The translations under genes were made by a program, and so were the position numbers. This document shows positions 52,701 through 63,954 of a DNA stretch of 64,000 bases, one piece after another. A model generated the notes under the pieces. That model did not search any database and was not told the DNA's origin. It was given only the letters and a program-made list of their open reading frames with translations. The stretch's first letter is position 1. Each line of letters begins with the position of its first letter. Where the stretch lies: assembly GCA_964234715.1 (NCBI GenBank), contig OZ174282.1, one strand, 5' to 3'. The DNA is from Podarcis melisellensis (Eukaryota).

Positions 52701-53421
52701 ATATGGGACCCTGTTTCCACTCCTCAGCATCAAAACAGTATGCTGGGCCATTAGATCAGTGGTTGTGCATGCTTCCTGTGTCTCAATCCAGCCCTGCAAT
52801 GCATTCTTATTGCTTAAGTTCAAGCCAGGAACGATGTTGGAGGGATACACAAATGTGACACAGAACTCCTGACCCCTGCAATACTGCATATCACAAACCA
52901 AGGAAAGAGGGAATGAGTGGGAATGGTGATTTGTTCACATGGCCTTCACTTAGTTTGGCTCAGCCAGAAAGTGAAACACTTTCTGAATCCAGGAACTTAC
53001 CCATCTATAAATGCAATGTTAAACAATGAATTCAAAAATTCAAATCCAATGTTAATGTCACAGCATCAGATGACTGTTAGGGCTCTTTATCTTTTAATTT
53101 AAATAAGTAAACAATCTCACTTTAAAGAACAAACTATGTTTCAGTCATTTATTTAGAAAAGTTTATAAACAGTTTAATCACAAAATAAGTGTTTTACATA
53201 CTTTCATTAAAATATTGGTGGAGGGTTCACTTTTAAAATATATCCCCCCAAAATCTCACAACCAGCAACCTTTTCTGCTTGCAGCAAATTTCTATGCACA
53301 TTTTCTCACCAGGGTTGGAAGGTTCAACTGATGTGCTCTTTCTTGGACTTCTCCCAGAATCAATTGCATTTTCAGAAGTGCCCAATGTAGCTCTAATGTG
53401 ATGGGACAGTGTATCTGAGTA

Positions 53422-54006
53422 CAGTGGTACCTCTGGTTAAGAACTTAATTTGTTCTGGAGGTCCTTTCTTAACTTGAGGTAAAGGTAAAGGTAAAGGTAC
53501 CCCTGCCCGTACGGGCCAGTCTTGACAGACTCTGGGGTTGTGCGCCCATCTCACTTAAGAGGCCAGGGGCCAGCGCTGTCCGGAGACACTTCCGGGTCAC
53601 GTGGCCAGCGTGACAAAGCTGCATCTGGTGAGCCAACGCAGCACACGGAAACGCCGTTTACCTTCCCGCCAGTAAGCGGTCCCTATTTATCTACTTGCAC
53701 CTGGGGGTGCTTTCGAACTGCTAGGTTGGCAGGTGCTGGGACCGAGCAACGGGAGCGCACCCCGCCGCGGGGATTCGAACCACCGACCTTTCGATCGGCA
53801 AGCCCTAGGCACTGAGGCTTTAACCCACAGCGCCACCTGCGTCCCTTAACTTGAGGTACCACTTATCTAATGGGGCCTCTCGCTGTTTATGCGCTGCCAC
53901 CACGTGATTTCTGTTCTCATCCTGAGGTAAAGATCTTAACCAGAGGTACTACTTCCAGGTTAGCGGAGTCTGTAACCCGAAGTGTTTGTAACCTGAGGTA
54001 CCACTG
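53422..54006. mobile_element. Tc1/mariner MITE subfamily 1, interrupted by Sauria SINE copy B
   Basis: TA-CAGTGGTACCTC...GAGGTACCACTG-TA; about 208 bp after removing the SINE; inverted relative to the 45859 copy. Confidence 0.85.
53482..53845 (-). mobile_element. Sauria SINE, full length, very young (copy B), nested in a Tc1/mariner MITE
   Basis: Matches copy A except for one base; TSD TTAACTTGAGGTA at 53469-53481 and 53846-53858. Confidence 0.93.
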
Positions 54007-54298
54007 TACAGTCTTTACAAGATTGTGGGAAACACTCCTGTACTGACTTAGGTTGCACTGGGATCTAGGGTTCTCAGGATGTCCAACTTAGAGCTTCCGA
54101 AAAATTACCCCACTTCTTATGAAAACACACAGAAATAGCCAGACAGAGACCTAAAATAAACTTGGTTAATTTCTACTCAGAGAAGGTATCTCAAAGAATG
54201 ACAATGAGCAGTTGTTAAGTTATTTCTGAGACTTGTACATCCTATATTGAACCATAGAAACACAGATAAGAATTTCAAGTTAAACAGCCTATAGGACA

Positions 54299-54482
54299 GG
54301 CCATAAGGCAATGGTAAAGCATCTGTTTTGTGTGCTACAGTTTGCAAGGTCAGTCCTCAGCAACGCCAGGTAGGTCTGGAAATGTGTTCTATATGAAAAC
54401 CTGCAAGACCCCACTGCCAGTCAATGTAGACACTACTGAGCTAGACAGAGCAATGATCTGACTCAGTATAAGGCAGCTTCCT
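54299..54482 (+). mobile_element. Old tRNA-derived SINE
   Basis: Decayed tRNA head and CTGCCAGTCA..ACTGAGCTAGA..GCTTCCT 3' part shared with 43480-43565. Confidence 0.55.
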
Positions 54483-55599
54483 CAGTTCCAATTTTTCTGC
54501 TTACAAGCAATAACTTGTGTAACAATCTAGTAACTCCAGCTAAACTTACAACAATTTCTATCAGCAGTAACTCTGAATTCATGCATTCCTGCCAAGCTAG
54601 CTAGTCTGAAGCTGGAAACAGATTGTCAACCTAAAGTTGCTTCAGGAATAGGCAGATTACATGCTGATATTGAAAACAGACCCACAAATGACCCAACACA
54701 AAATGCCATACTACCTATGGCAAGAGATCAATTACTTTTCCCATACGCGTCTCAAATTGCAAACTATTATTTGCTCTACAGCTGCTAAAGTGAACCTGTA
54801 GTTGACTTATGATTAAAAGCCACAAGTGTTACTAGCCTGACCGCACACACACCTACCTATATTAGTCATTTGTGGCACAGTGCGTGAAAGAAAAAGAAAG
54901 CTCTTGTATTTACAAAAGCCTCCCTCCATGGACAGCGGAGATTCTTGTCTCAAGCAGCCAGGTAAGGAGGCAGCCAGGTAAGGAGTTTTGCCAATCCTGA
55001 ATTATAGGATCAAGCTGTCTACCTCTGTTGGAATAGAAATAGCAGGATTGATTCACTTTAACACAACTCAACCAGCCACGAGGGTGTGACCGAAAGACAA
55101 TCCCTACTCAAAAAGTACCCAGCATAAGCTTTATCTTCAAGAACATCACAAGGGGGGGGGGAGAGACTATCATGATAAGTATATTCATCTGGGCCAATTC
55201 CCTGAAACAGCAACGTTTTCTTTTAAACTATGAATGCCATAAATTGGCAACACCGCTGTCGGCAGGCCTGCCTGAGCCAGAAAACGGGCTCTGCCCACAG
55301 AAGTGTCCTCGCTTTCCCGTGCAGCCCTTCGGCCTTTTCCCTTGAAAACAAGGATTTGCTCCTGCGCCAGAAGGGAAAGGGAGCTACTGGCGAAGGGGCT
55401 GCACTTGCTCCCTAACTCTTGGCAACCGAGGCCAGGAGGAGCTATGCATGCGCGCATGGTCCTGGCCGCAGACCTCCATCCTGGACGCCACTTCTTGGTT
55501 ACACCGGAGAGTGACGGAGGACAGAGGTAAACCTGGGTCAGATGCAGGTTTCCTAAAATTGCCAGGAGAGGCTATGTGCATTGCTCTGCACCTGGGCTG

Positions 55600-56350
55600 G
55601 CCTCTCCCTGCAGCCGCCCGCCACAAAAAGTTGCTCCATGGGGGTCCACTGCCCCGAAGCCCTCCCCCGCCCTCCCTGGCCTCAGTTTCCCCACCAGCTA
55701 GGAGGGGCTCCCCGCCCCGCTCACCTCCCGCACGTCCTGCAGGCACTCGAGGACGGCCAGGTTGTTGGCCCAGCTGTGCTTGGGGCAGACGCGGGTCACG
55801 TCTTCGCGGCACACCGGCTCGTCCGCCAGCTTCCAGCCGCCTCCCGCCGAGGAGCCCCCGCGGGGCAGACGGCCACCCCCAGCTCCGCCTCCGCCGCCAC
55901 CCGGGAGTGCTCCCAGCCCCAACTGAGGCAGCGGCTGGCCCCCCAATCCCCCTACGGCCGCCGGCTGCTGCCCCGGAAACCCCTGGGCGGCCCCGACCGC
56001 CGCTGCCCCGCCTTGCTGCTGTGCCCGGGCTGACCCGAGAGCCACGAGCAGCCAGAGGAAAGGGGCGGCGAGGAGAGGGCCCGGCCCGCGTCTCCGGGCC
56101 GGGACACGTCCGCACGGCGCCATCTTGGATGCGACTCCTCTCCTCAGCTCCGCTCGGCCCGGCCCGGCCTCGCTGCCTTAGGCCCCGCCCGCCGCAGCCT
56201 GCGCGCGCAACGCCAACGGCACTGGCAGTCACGCCCACCGCCTCTCGGAGTGCGTAAGGACGGCGGCGACGTCGCCGCGGCGAGCAGAGCGAGGCAGGTG
56301 ACGTCACCACCTAGCCAGAGGAAAGGGTTGGTTGTCGGAGAGCGGCGCGA
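55600..56350 (-). promoter_or_regulatory. GLG1 CpG island / TATA-less promoter
   Basis: Very GC- and CpG-rich against a CpG-depleted background. CRE TGACGTCA 56299-56306, GC box GGCCCCGCCC 56181-56190, NRF1-like TGCGCGCGCA near 56200-56209, YY1-type CAAGATGGCG over the start codon. Confidence 0.85.
55725..56123 (-). CDS. GLG1: GLG1 coding exon 1 (signal peptide, Gly/Gln-rich linker, start of Cys-rich repeats)
   Basis: MAPCGRV...GGGWKLADEPVCREDVTRVCPKHSWANNLAVLECLQDVRE; context CAAGATGG; donor GTGAG. Confidence 0.96.
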
Positions 56351-56866
56351 CACCTACTGGCAGGTCTTTCAGGGAAAAGAACTGGAATGGCGCTTTCCTC
56401 TGTCGCCTCTCTCTCTCCTCATACACCCCGACCCTCTAACTTTCCCCTAAAGTTATTCTAATTTTTAGGAAAATATTTCTTGCCCATAACAGCAAGACCA
56501 CATATTTTTATCAAGTTAAGATTACTGTATATAGTGTGTGTGTGTGTACACAGTAATCTTATTTTCTGTGCAAGCAGAACTGTGTGCCCAGCAAATTGCC
56601 TAAGGCTCAATGGAACTTCCTTCTTATCTGTACTTTAAGTGCCGTGGGAGTAGTTTTTGCACACTTTCTTTGCTCACAAGTCTGGCAAATGCCATAACCT
56701 GTGGCTAATGCAGCAAACACCTTCCCAGTCAGGATGAATATGATTCTGCAAAGGTTGGCCATTCTATACTACTTCTAAAAAATCATATTCTATTAGTTTT
56801 TGTGTTGGTTTTAACGGCTTTTAGTTGTTTTACTCTATTTTGTATGCTACCTTGCTATATAGAGCT

Positions 56867-57064
56867 AGTGTATTTAGTCTCAGACCAGGGTTGAAATCCC
56901 CAGTCACCAAGGAAGCTCAGATGGCAATCTTGAACATTCACTCTCAGCCTAACCTACTTCAGGGAGATGTTGTGAGGATAAAATTTAGAGGGGAAGAACT
57001 ATGTAGACCACCATGAGCGTGTAGAAAAATGTGGGATATAAACACACATAATAATAATAAATAA
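56867..57064 (+). mobile_element. tRNA-derived CORE/MIR-like SINE just upstream of the GLG1 promoter
   Basis: Similar to the 49570 copy; (TAA)n tail. Confidence 0.65.
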
Positions 57065-57366
57065 CAGGAACACAATAGTAGTCATAGTAATAGTAAATGT
57101 TATCCCGTCTACCTGAGTTCTCTACATAGGTAACGATACTGAAGCCACCCACACATTACAGAGAAAGGAAAGAACATGGTGTTACTGCAGGTCCTACCCT
57201 TGTTGTTGGTAAATTTTATTATTTGAGATTAAACTATCTTTATTTGTAAGTAAGCCTCTTTGAAGCTTAGGCCAGCAGTTATGCTTTAGAAACTCAGCAA
57301 CACAAATACTGAGCTGAATTCCTGTATCAACACTTTAATGGTCCAGAGTACGACTACTACATAGTA

Positions 57367-57580
57367 CAGTGGTACCTTGGGTTATGAACGTAATTCGTTC
57401 CAGAGGTCCATTCTTAACCCAAAACCATTCTTAACCTGAGGCACGCTTTCGCTAATAGGGCCTCCCGCTGCCACTGCACGATTTCCATTCTCATCCTGGG
57501 GCAAAGTTCTCAACCTGAGGTACTACTTCTGGATTAGTGGAGTTTGTAACCCAAAGCGTTTGTAACCCGAGGTACCACTG
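57367..57580. mobile_element. Tc1/mariner MITE subfamily 1 (intergenic)
   Basis: TA-CAGTGGTACCT...AGGTACCACTG-TA; body similar to the 53422 copy. Confidence 0.85.
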
Positions 57581-58122
57581 TAATTAAGATATGTTCAGTG
57601 TACCTCGAATTCCAAATGGCGAGTGGTTTCAGACACTCAATTGGCTTTACCATTGCACCAGCACAGTTCCAACTTCGCTGCTGCCCTTCCCCACCCAGAT
57701 ATACAAGAACAGCACTGTTGGGAGGGAGACCCTGAAACACCACCACACCTGCCTTTCACCCAAGATAAACATTGAATTCACTCTGTCATTTAGAGTGGAG
57801 ACTATGCAGCCACCTTTCAGCAAACTAGGTAAGTTTCACAGTTGTTCCAAACTCTGGTAGATTAGCTTGCTACATGATTACCTTGCTACATGGAAATATC
57901 CCGATCATATATCATAATTACCACAACATATTGGATCCACTAACCCAAACTTCAGGACTTATTTGGCATTTAGAGGATCCTATATTTATATCTCAAACAT
58001 TGCAGTTGCTTGTGAGGCAGTGCAAGCAGCAATTTAACATTGCAATGGAGGGTTTTGCCATTTGGAGAAAGCCAGAGATATTAAACATTCTATATTCTTC
58101 CTCTTGTATATATTAAACATTC

Positions 58123-58128
58123 TTTATT
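58123..58128 (-). terminator. Candidate RFWD3 polyadenylation signal AATAAA
   Basis: AATAAA about 1.1 kb downstream of the RFWD3 stop; an ATTAAA also occurs at 58410-58415. Confidence 0.5.
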
Positions 58129-59209
58129 CTTCCTGTTGCATATAAAAGTAGTATCTCACACACACAAAGCACAGTTCAATGGAAACATGTACATTTTTAG
58201 ACAAATGGGCCATACAGTTAAACTTTAGAAATGTTGTTCTGTAATTCTGTATAGTAACCCATCAGTTCAGGCAGCACACAATGGTGTGATTTCTATGGGC
58301 TTCAGGTAAAGTAAAAAAACAACAACCCTAATATTGGTCTTGCAATTTGCATCACTCTCTTGATTGCTAGCCTTGGGCAAGAACACATACATGAAATATT
58401 TGATCCTATTTTAATTTATAGCAGAAGATGAATTACCAACAGTCCCAGCAAATGGTTTTTTTCTGTCAATAGAGTTGGTAGAGTTCTGGAATTGCTTCAT
58501 GTTTCAACTCCCAATGATCTGTCAGGCACAGCACTCTGCCCAGTTCTCAATGGAGGTCTATAGGAAGTCTTACAGGAGCATATTTATACCTGAAGTTGCC
58601 CATTCTTCATCAGGCCACAATTATATTTTCTTATTCACAATGTCTTTTAGCAGCCAATTCCCAACAGGCTTCACCGCCACCTTTTACCAAGCCCAGTCAT
58701 GGTCCAGAGATATAACTTGAACAGCTCACTTCAGACAAGGTCCCATCTTCTTTATGAGATGGGCTGAAACAGAAATTTAAGCAGTCTTCTGCCAAAGGAG
58801 TATTGCCCATGCCACAAGCCTCCAAAATCACAAGAAGAGCAGAGATCATGATCTTCATCCAAGGTCAATGGTAAATTTCCAGGAAATATAAACTGGCAGC
58901 CAATTTTTTTCTCAGAAGGGCCCCGTAATCTGCCTAGGCAGTAAAGCCAGAAAAGCACATGGTCCACAATAAGGTAAAAGTGGTTTCCTTTAAGATGAGG
59001 TGGAAACAAAAATCCACCTCATCTTAAAAAGGAACAAATGTGTGGGCTGGGCATGGGAGAGAGCTGTTCTAAGGAGCAAGATTTTGCTTGTGCAGCAATG
59101 TTGGCAGGGTGCACTCAAGGCAGCTAGAATCCAGTTAGCAGCAGAGCTGGCTTGTGGGAAATTGGCTCAGTTCAGAGAGTAGCTCATTGGGGCAGCATGC
59201 AGCAGACAG

Positions 59210-59353
59210 TCATTGCCACTTGTAGATCTTCACCATCTTTTCTGTCAAAGTAGCCAAGAAGCTGTTGCGGTTCACCTCATAAGGGCAGACATCTAACACA
59301 GGAAGGTCAGCAGGGAGTTTCTGCAGCAGGGAGCCACTCCCTGCATCCCAGAG
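59210..59353 (-). CDS. RFWD3: RFWD3 final coding exon with TGA stop
   Basis: [47 protein letters not shown]. Confidence 0.95.
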   Translation of the reverse strand, partial: LWDAGSGSLLQKLPADLPVLDVCPYEVNRNSFLATLTEKMVKIYKWQ

Positions 59354-59978
59354 CTGCAGGATAAACAAATAGAGTCACAGCTTATCAGGAATCCTGTTGC
59401 ATAAAAATACAACTCTAGCTGTTACTAGTTGGGATGTAGCAAGGAGACCAGTTACAAAAGTATTGAACTGTTACTTTCCCATACATTGGCAAGCAGCCAA
59501 ACATCACCACACATTTTGGGTGGATTCAGAGTGAGCAAGTGATTAGTGGTGTAACGCTGAGGACATCCCTCTTTTGCGCTCCCTGTGTACAAGGAGGAGT
59601 GGTTGCAGCCCTGGCACAGAAAACATGCATGTCCATACCCAGAGTCAAGCCTCAAGGAAAGTGAGAAGAGGGAGGACAAGAGAGCCCCATGTCCATATAA
59701 TGGAAATGGCACTGTTATTGCCATGAGGAAATGCTCCAAAGAGGCAGATACAGGCTATTCCAGTGTCTCAAAACAGAATTTTCACTAGAACAAGGGCTCA
59801 AGTCTTTTCTCAATGACCAACCCGGCATTAAGCTCTTTGAAGCTGCAGAGTCTTAAAAACATAGGAAAACAATTACTCAAGTACCCTAACCACCACCAAA
59901 GCTTTCAGCATTTTAGACTATTAACACAGAGCCGGACACAACGTCCTACTCCTACAACAAAGAACAAAAAAATGGTAC

Positions 59979-60196
59979 CATAGCAGAGTTTGATGCTTCA
60001 TCGCCAGCACACACAAGAATACTGCCATCATCTTCAGGACTCTGGAAGATGGCATTTTTGGTCAGGAGTTTGCAAGATGGACCCGCAGTAAGAGTTTGAA
60101 CTGGACGACATGAACAGATCACATCCTCAGTCCCATCAGTCAGCTGAGTAGAGGTCAGCTCCATCACCACACACCGTAAACAGTTATTGTTTCTAT
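59979..60196 (-). CDS. RFWD3: RFWD3 coding exon
   Basis: [13 protein letters not shown]...[35 protein letters not shown]. Confidence 0.94.
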
Positions 60197-60803
60197 CTGT
60201 GGGATAAAAGTGAAGAGCTTTCCAGGGGACAGGTAGGTATCAAGGTATCATAGGAAGGTATCAAGACAAAACACTGTACTCTGGTTTAAGTGCAGCCCAG
60301 AGGCCACTGCCTGACCGCTTCACTCACCGTTCATGGCAACTACCCCATTTCCTTAGGATACTACTCACTTGCAATCCCTTCCTTGCATGTCATCCTACGG
60401 AAGCAGGAGTGCTCATACTGCACAGAAGGTCCCTCTTAGGAGCTGCAAAGTTCTAGGGAGGGACAGACTCCTGAAGTAGTTGGCACTTACCCTTCACCAG
60501 GGTGGAAATAATGCCTCCCGTAAAAGATCCATATTGTATTTGGGGATGGGAGACTGCACCCTCTGTGCCCCATCATCTTGAAAAGATTTGGGGAGACTGG
60601 GGTTCAGAATAACTGGTGCAGCATTTTAGATGCAGGCCAGAGGTGTCCTCTTCTCTTTTAATGTGTGTGCAAGAGACGCCAACAACAAATATGGTAAGTG
60701 GTTTCTGTCCACACAGTTGCAATTGTGTCCACATTTAGGGTGAAAGGAATCCCAACACTGCATAAAAATAGCCCTGCCCTGATGTCTACACATCACAACT
60801 TAC

Positions 60804-61018
60804 TGGGTCTGAATGTTGCAAGGCAGTGCCGTGTGCTGGCCTCTGTCTGAAGGTCAATGCAACCTCCAGGCTCCAGGAGGAGGTGGTGAGGCCGGTAAGA
60901 GCCACTGGCCTTCTGTTCCCAAAAGCAGGCTCCCTCCAGTGTCCCAGATACCAGTCCACCATAGGGCAGTGAGGCAGAGGCCATTCGGGGAAGATACGAT
61001 AAGGATACCACAGGGCAC
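60804..61018 (-). CDS. RFWD3: RFWD3 coding exon (WD40)
   Basis: [36 protein letters not shown]...RHCLATFRP. Confidence 0.95.
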
Positions 61019-61736
61019 CTGTGAGGGACAGAGGAAAGAGCAATAACCAACAATGTCAAACCATTCCACTTTCCCTACCCATTTGCTGTTGTGAGTCTGA
61101 ATGAGCATGAGTAAGGAAGGATTTCAAAGAGAACTGGAGAATCACTCTCACTTCTACATACCACTGGCCAAAAGAACTGGTGCTATGACTGAAATCCTGT
61201 TAATATTCACCTCTGAGCAAGCACCACTGAACACTGCACAATTGACTTCTGAGTAAGAAACAAACTGAGCTCCATATCACCATGACTGTTCACAACCCCA
61301 GAAAAGAATAAGGTAGAAGTCAATCACTGCAAGCAACATTGCAAGTATGACAATCTCTCCAGGGCTTATCTCACCCAATGTTCATTCCTATTCCTCATCC
61401 ACAGAACTGATTGAAAAATACACATTCTGAGAAGTCTTAGTGCAATGCATTAAGGACTGGAAATGAGTCCCAGACAAGTTTATCAAGCTAAACCTCTGCC
61501 ATTAGGCCATTCTCAAAGGTCTTCATTCTGGGTTACAGTGGGGAGGTAACCAGCAACCAGAGTAAAAGGTAGTGTTCCTCAAATTCTGTGCCAGGAAAGA
61601 TATACCAGTAACACATGGTGTGAAAATTGTAAAGTTCTACAAGCACTGATCATCCTTCATCTGCTTCAAAGTCCTCTACAGTCTTACTTCGTATGTTCAA
61701 AGGACAACCTAACTGTATAAAGCAGGAAAGCGATAC

Positions 61737-61913
61737 CTGGATTTCTGTGGAGCAAGCTCCTGGACATGAGAGCTTGTGTCCCTCAGGTCATACACCAAGA
61801 CAGAGCCATTGACCAAGCCAGCATAGACATAGTTGGTGTCATCCAGGCACCAGCTGCAGCTCCAGACAGGTCGACCAGTATTGTATGTCTGCACAACGGT
61901 GTTTGTAGTCAAG
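61737..61913 (-). CDS. RFWD3: RFWD3 coding exon (WD40)
   Basis: [58 protein letters not shown](R). Confidence 0.95.
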
Positions 61914-62142
61914 CTGAGGGAAAGTTAGCAGAGCTTTACATATCAAAGCGGTCTCCAATTGAGGACCTTGGCACTTCTGCACATGGCCCACGCTATGCAG
62001 TAAATACCCAGTTGTGGGCAGAACAGCACAGTTCAGACAAAGCTGCTCTGCAGGAGCCAGGCAATATTTCCAGAATAAGATCCTTACACAATCTCCTGGA
62101 CCACAGAGAAAGGAAGCAGGCATCATAACCATCACTACTCAC

Positions 62143-62293
62143 CTGGTAAGCTTGAGGGTATGGTCTAAAGCAGCAGATAAGAGCAAGCCATCTGCACGGT
62201 TGCTGAAAGCCAAGCCCCGGATCTGCTTGCTGTGGATGGGGACATATTGGCTGCTCTTTGAGTTGACAGCACTCATCATCTTAATTCCACAGC
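62143..62293 (-). CDS. RFWD3: RFWD3 coding exon (WD40)
   Basis: [49 protein letters not shown](S). Confidence 0.95.
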
Positions 62294-62438
62294 CTGAGAC
62301 ACAAAGCAAACTGATCAGCAGAAAGCCCACCCTGCTAGAGTCCAAATGCTGCAATGTCTGTCCTCTTGATTGACCAAGGCAGTGGAAAAAACCATTTCCA
62401 TCATAAAACCTAGGGACTTGCTTCAACAGGCAACTCAC

Positions 62439-62667
62439 CAGGAATGAGGGTGCTTTGTGGAGATGGCTGTGACACTACAAGGCAGCTCAGTGGGTCGCAG
62501 TATGCCATAACCCGGCAGTTGCCCACCTGAGACACTAGGGTCGCCCTCTCAAAGTGGTACTTGTGCTGGCCCTGGCTGGAGGAGAGGCAGCCTGGAAAGC
62601 ATGAGCGAGAGTTGCTGGGCTGCTGAGAGGAAAGGGTGTTGTGGCGAGCCATCAGGGCCTTTAATTC
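62439..62667 (-). CDS. RFWD3: RFWD3 coding exon
   Basis: ELKALMARH...[48 protein letters not shown](G). Confidence 0.92.
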
Positions 62668-63249
62668 CTATAGAATGGAAAGCAGGAAAAATGAGGCAAA
62701 GAAAGCATGTGCGGAGCTGAGAGCACTGGATGTTTCCACAGGCAGAACAGTAGTAAAAGTCAGGAGCAACTTGTTCTGCGTTGTTGTGAGTTTTGATTTG
62801 GAATGTTTTTGTGACTCCTTTCCCCAGATCACAAGCTTTGACATACAAACTCAAAGCAAGGAATGAAACTGGGCCAGGGTGACGACCTGGGCCCCAGATT
62901 TTGGGTGCCCAATGGCACCCACGACGTAACATTACACCATGATGTCATGTTACATCAGCAGAACGTTTCTACCAGAAATCACGTTTGGAAGCCTGGCAGG
63001 GCCTCGCACGTCGCCTCAGAGGTTGCACTGGAGCCCCACGGTGTGGATGCTAAGCACCCACAAAAAGTTGTGGGTGCCAGGCCACCCAGGGCCCCCTAGA
63101 GTGGGGTCAGTGAACTGGGGTGTCCTATTATCCTGTCCATCATTAGCAGAGAGTGAGAGAAAAGGCCATGAAGATAGCACATTTCATTTTCTTGTACATG
63201 GGAAGGGGATTTAGAAGGTTCTGCATGAACAGGGTACTGCTAAACCTAC

Positions 63250-63364
63250 CTGAACTTGCTGCCGAAGTTTACTGCATTCATCTGTCAAGACCTGCAGCTG
63301 GAGGCGGCTCTGTGCGGATTCCAGCTCTGCCTTCCTTCGTAGCATTTGCTCCTTCTCTAAAGAG
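63250..63364 (-). CDS. RFWD3: RFWD3 coding exon (coiled coil)
   Basis: [38 protein letters not shown]. Confidence 0.93.
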
Positions 63365-63862
63365 CTGCAGGAGGAAAGTACAACAGATGCAATTAAGGAA
63401 GCTCATGAGCCAACCCATCTCTCTCCCACTGATGAGAAGAATTCATTTTCTGTTCCATTTTCCTGCCACCCAAAAACTTTTAGAGACATAATAACAGTCT
63501 CTTGAATTTAGACAGAGACATTTATATAGTAATACTTCAATTTCAGAATAACCATGAGAGATTCAATAGAAAATGCATCTCATTTTATCTTAAATATATA
63601 TATACTAGTAAAAAAAAAGTTACAGAAGCAGGCATATATCTTCACAGGGACATCCAAACACTGTACCTATCATACCTACCTAATACAAGTGTAACAAAGC
63701 AAGGCCTTGAACTAAAGCCTGGGGTTAGGACACAAGTATCTTCTCCAATCACACAGATGCTCATCTGACTCAGCTGAGGCATAGTGACTGTTTGCCAAGA
63801 CAGGTGTTTATGCCAGGTACTGCTACCCTCAAACGTATAGGAGGAAAGTTGTGAGTATATAC

Positions 63863-63954
63863 CTTTTCATGTGTTCCTGTTCACTGGTGTCCAGCGCTTT
63901 CAGGGTACGAGCATAAAGGACTACTATATCCGAGCGCTTGGCTTTCTTATTACA
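63863..63954 (-). CDS. RFWD3: RFWD3 coding exon (RING end)
   Basis: [30 protein letters not shown](S). Confidence 0.93.

Larger units (their letters stand above)
411..56123 (-). other. GLG1: GLG1 gene span (Golgi apparatus protein 1 / cysteine-rich FGF receptor / E-selectin ligand 1), coding exons 1-22; 3' exons lie beyond the left edge
   Basis: 22 exons with GT-AG boundaries join in frame to 2997 nt / 999 aa, matching recalled vertebrate GLG1 (signal peptide, then Cys-rich GLG1 repeats). Confidence 0.98.
59210..63954 (-). other. RFWD3: RFWD3 gene span (E3 ubiquitin ligase, FANCW), last 8 coding exons; 5' exons lie beyond the right edge
   Basis: 8 exons join in frame (1341 nt): end of RING, coiled coil, WD40, ending ...[13 protein letters not shown]; adjacent to GLG1 as in human. 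Confidence 0.96.

Noticed and set aside
44346-53815. Identical 97-aa ORFs at 44346 and 53522, and a related one at 38374
   Set aside because: They are antisense readings of Sauria SINE copies, not a duplicated gene
55850-56030. GLG1 N-terminal linker lacks the long poly-Gln tract of human GLG1
   Set aside because: This low-complexity linker is variable among vertebrates; not evidence of novelty
55384-56310. Long 308-aa (-), 269-aa (+) and 150-aa (+) ORFs over GLG1 exon 1
   Set aside because: Low-complexity Arg/Pro/Gly/Ala shadow frames expected in a stop-poor CpG island; the real frame is GLG1 exon 1
60380-60450. Hairpin followed by ACA in an RFWD3 intron (H/ACA-like), plus scattered RTGATGA boxes in GLG1 introns
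   Set aside because: No H box or second hairpin; no C/D pair with a terminal stem at suitable spacing
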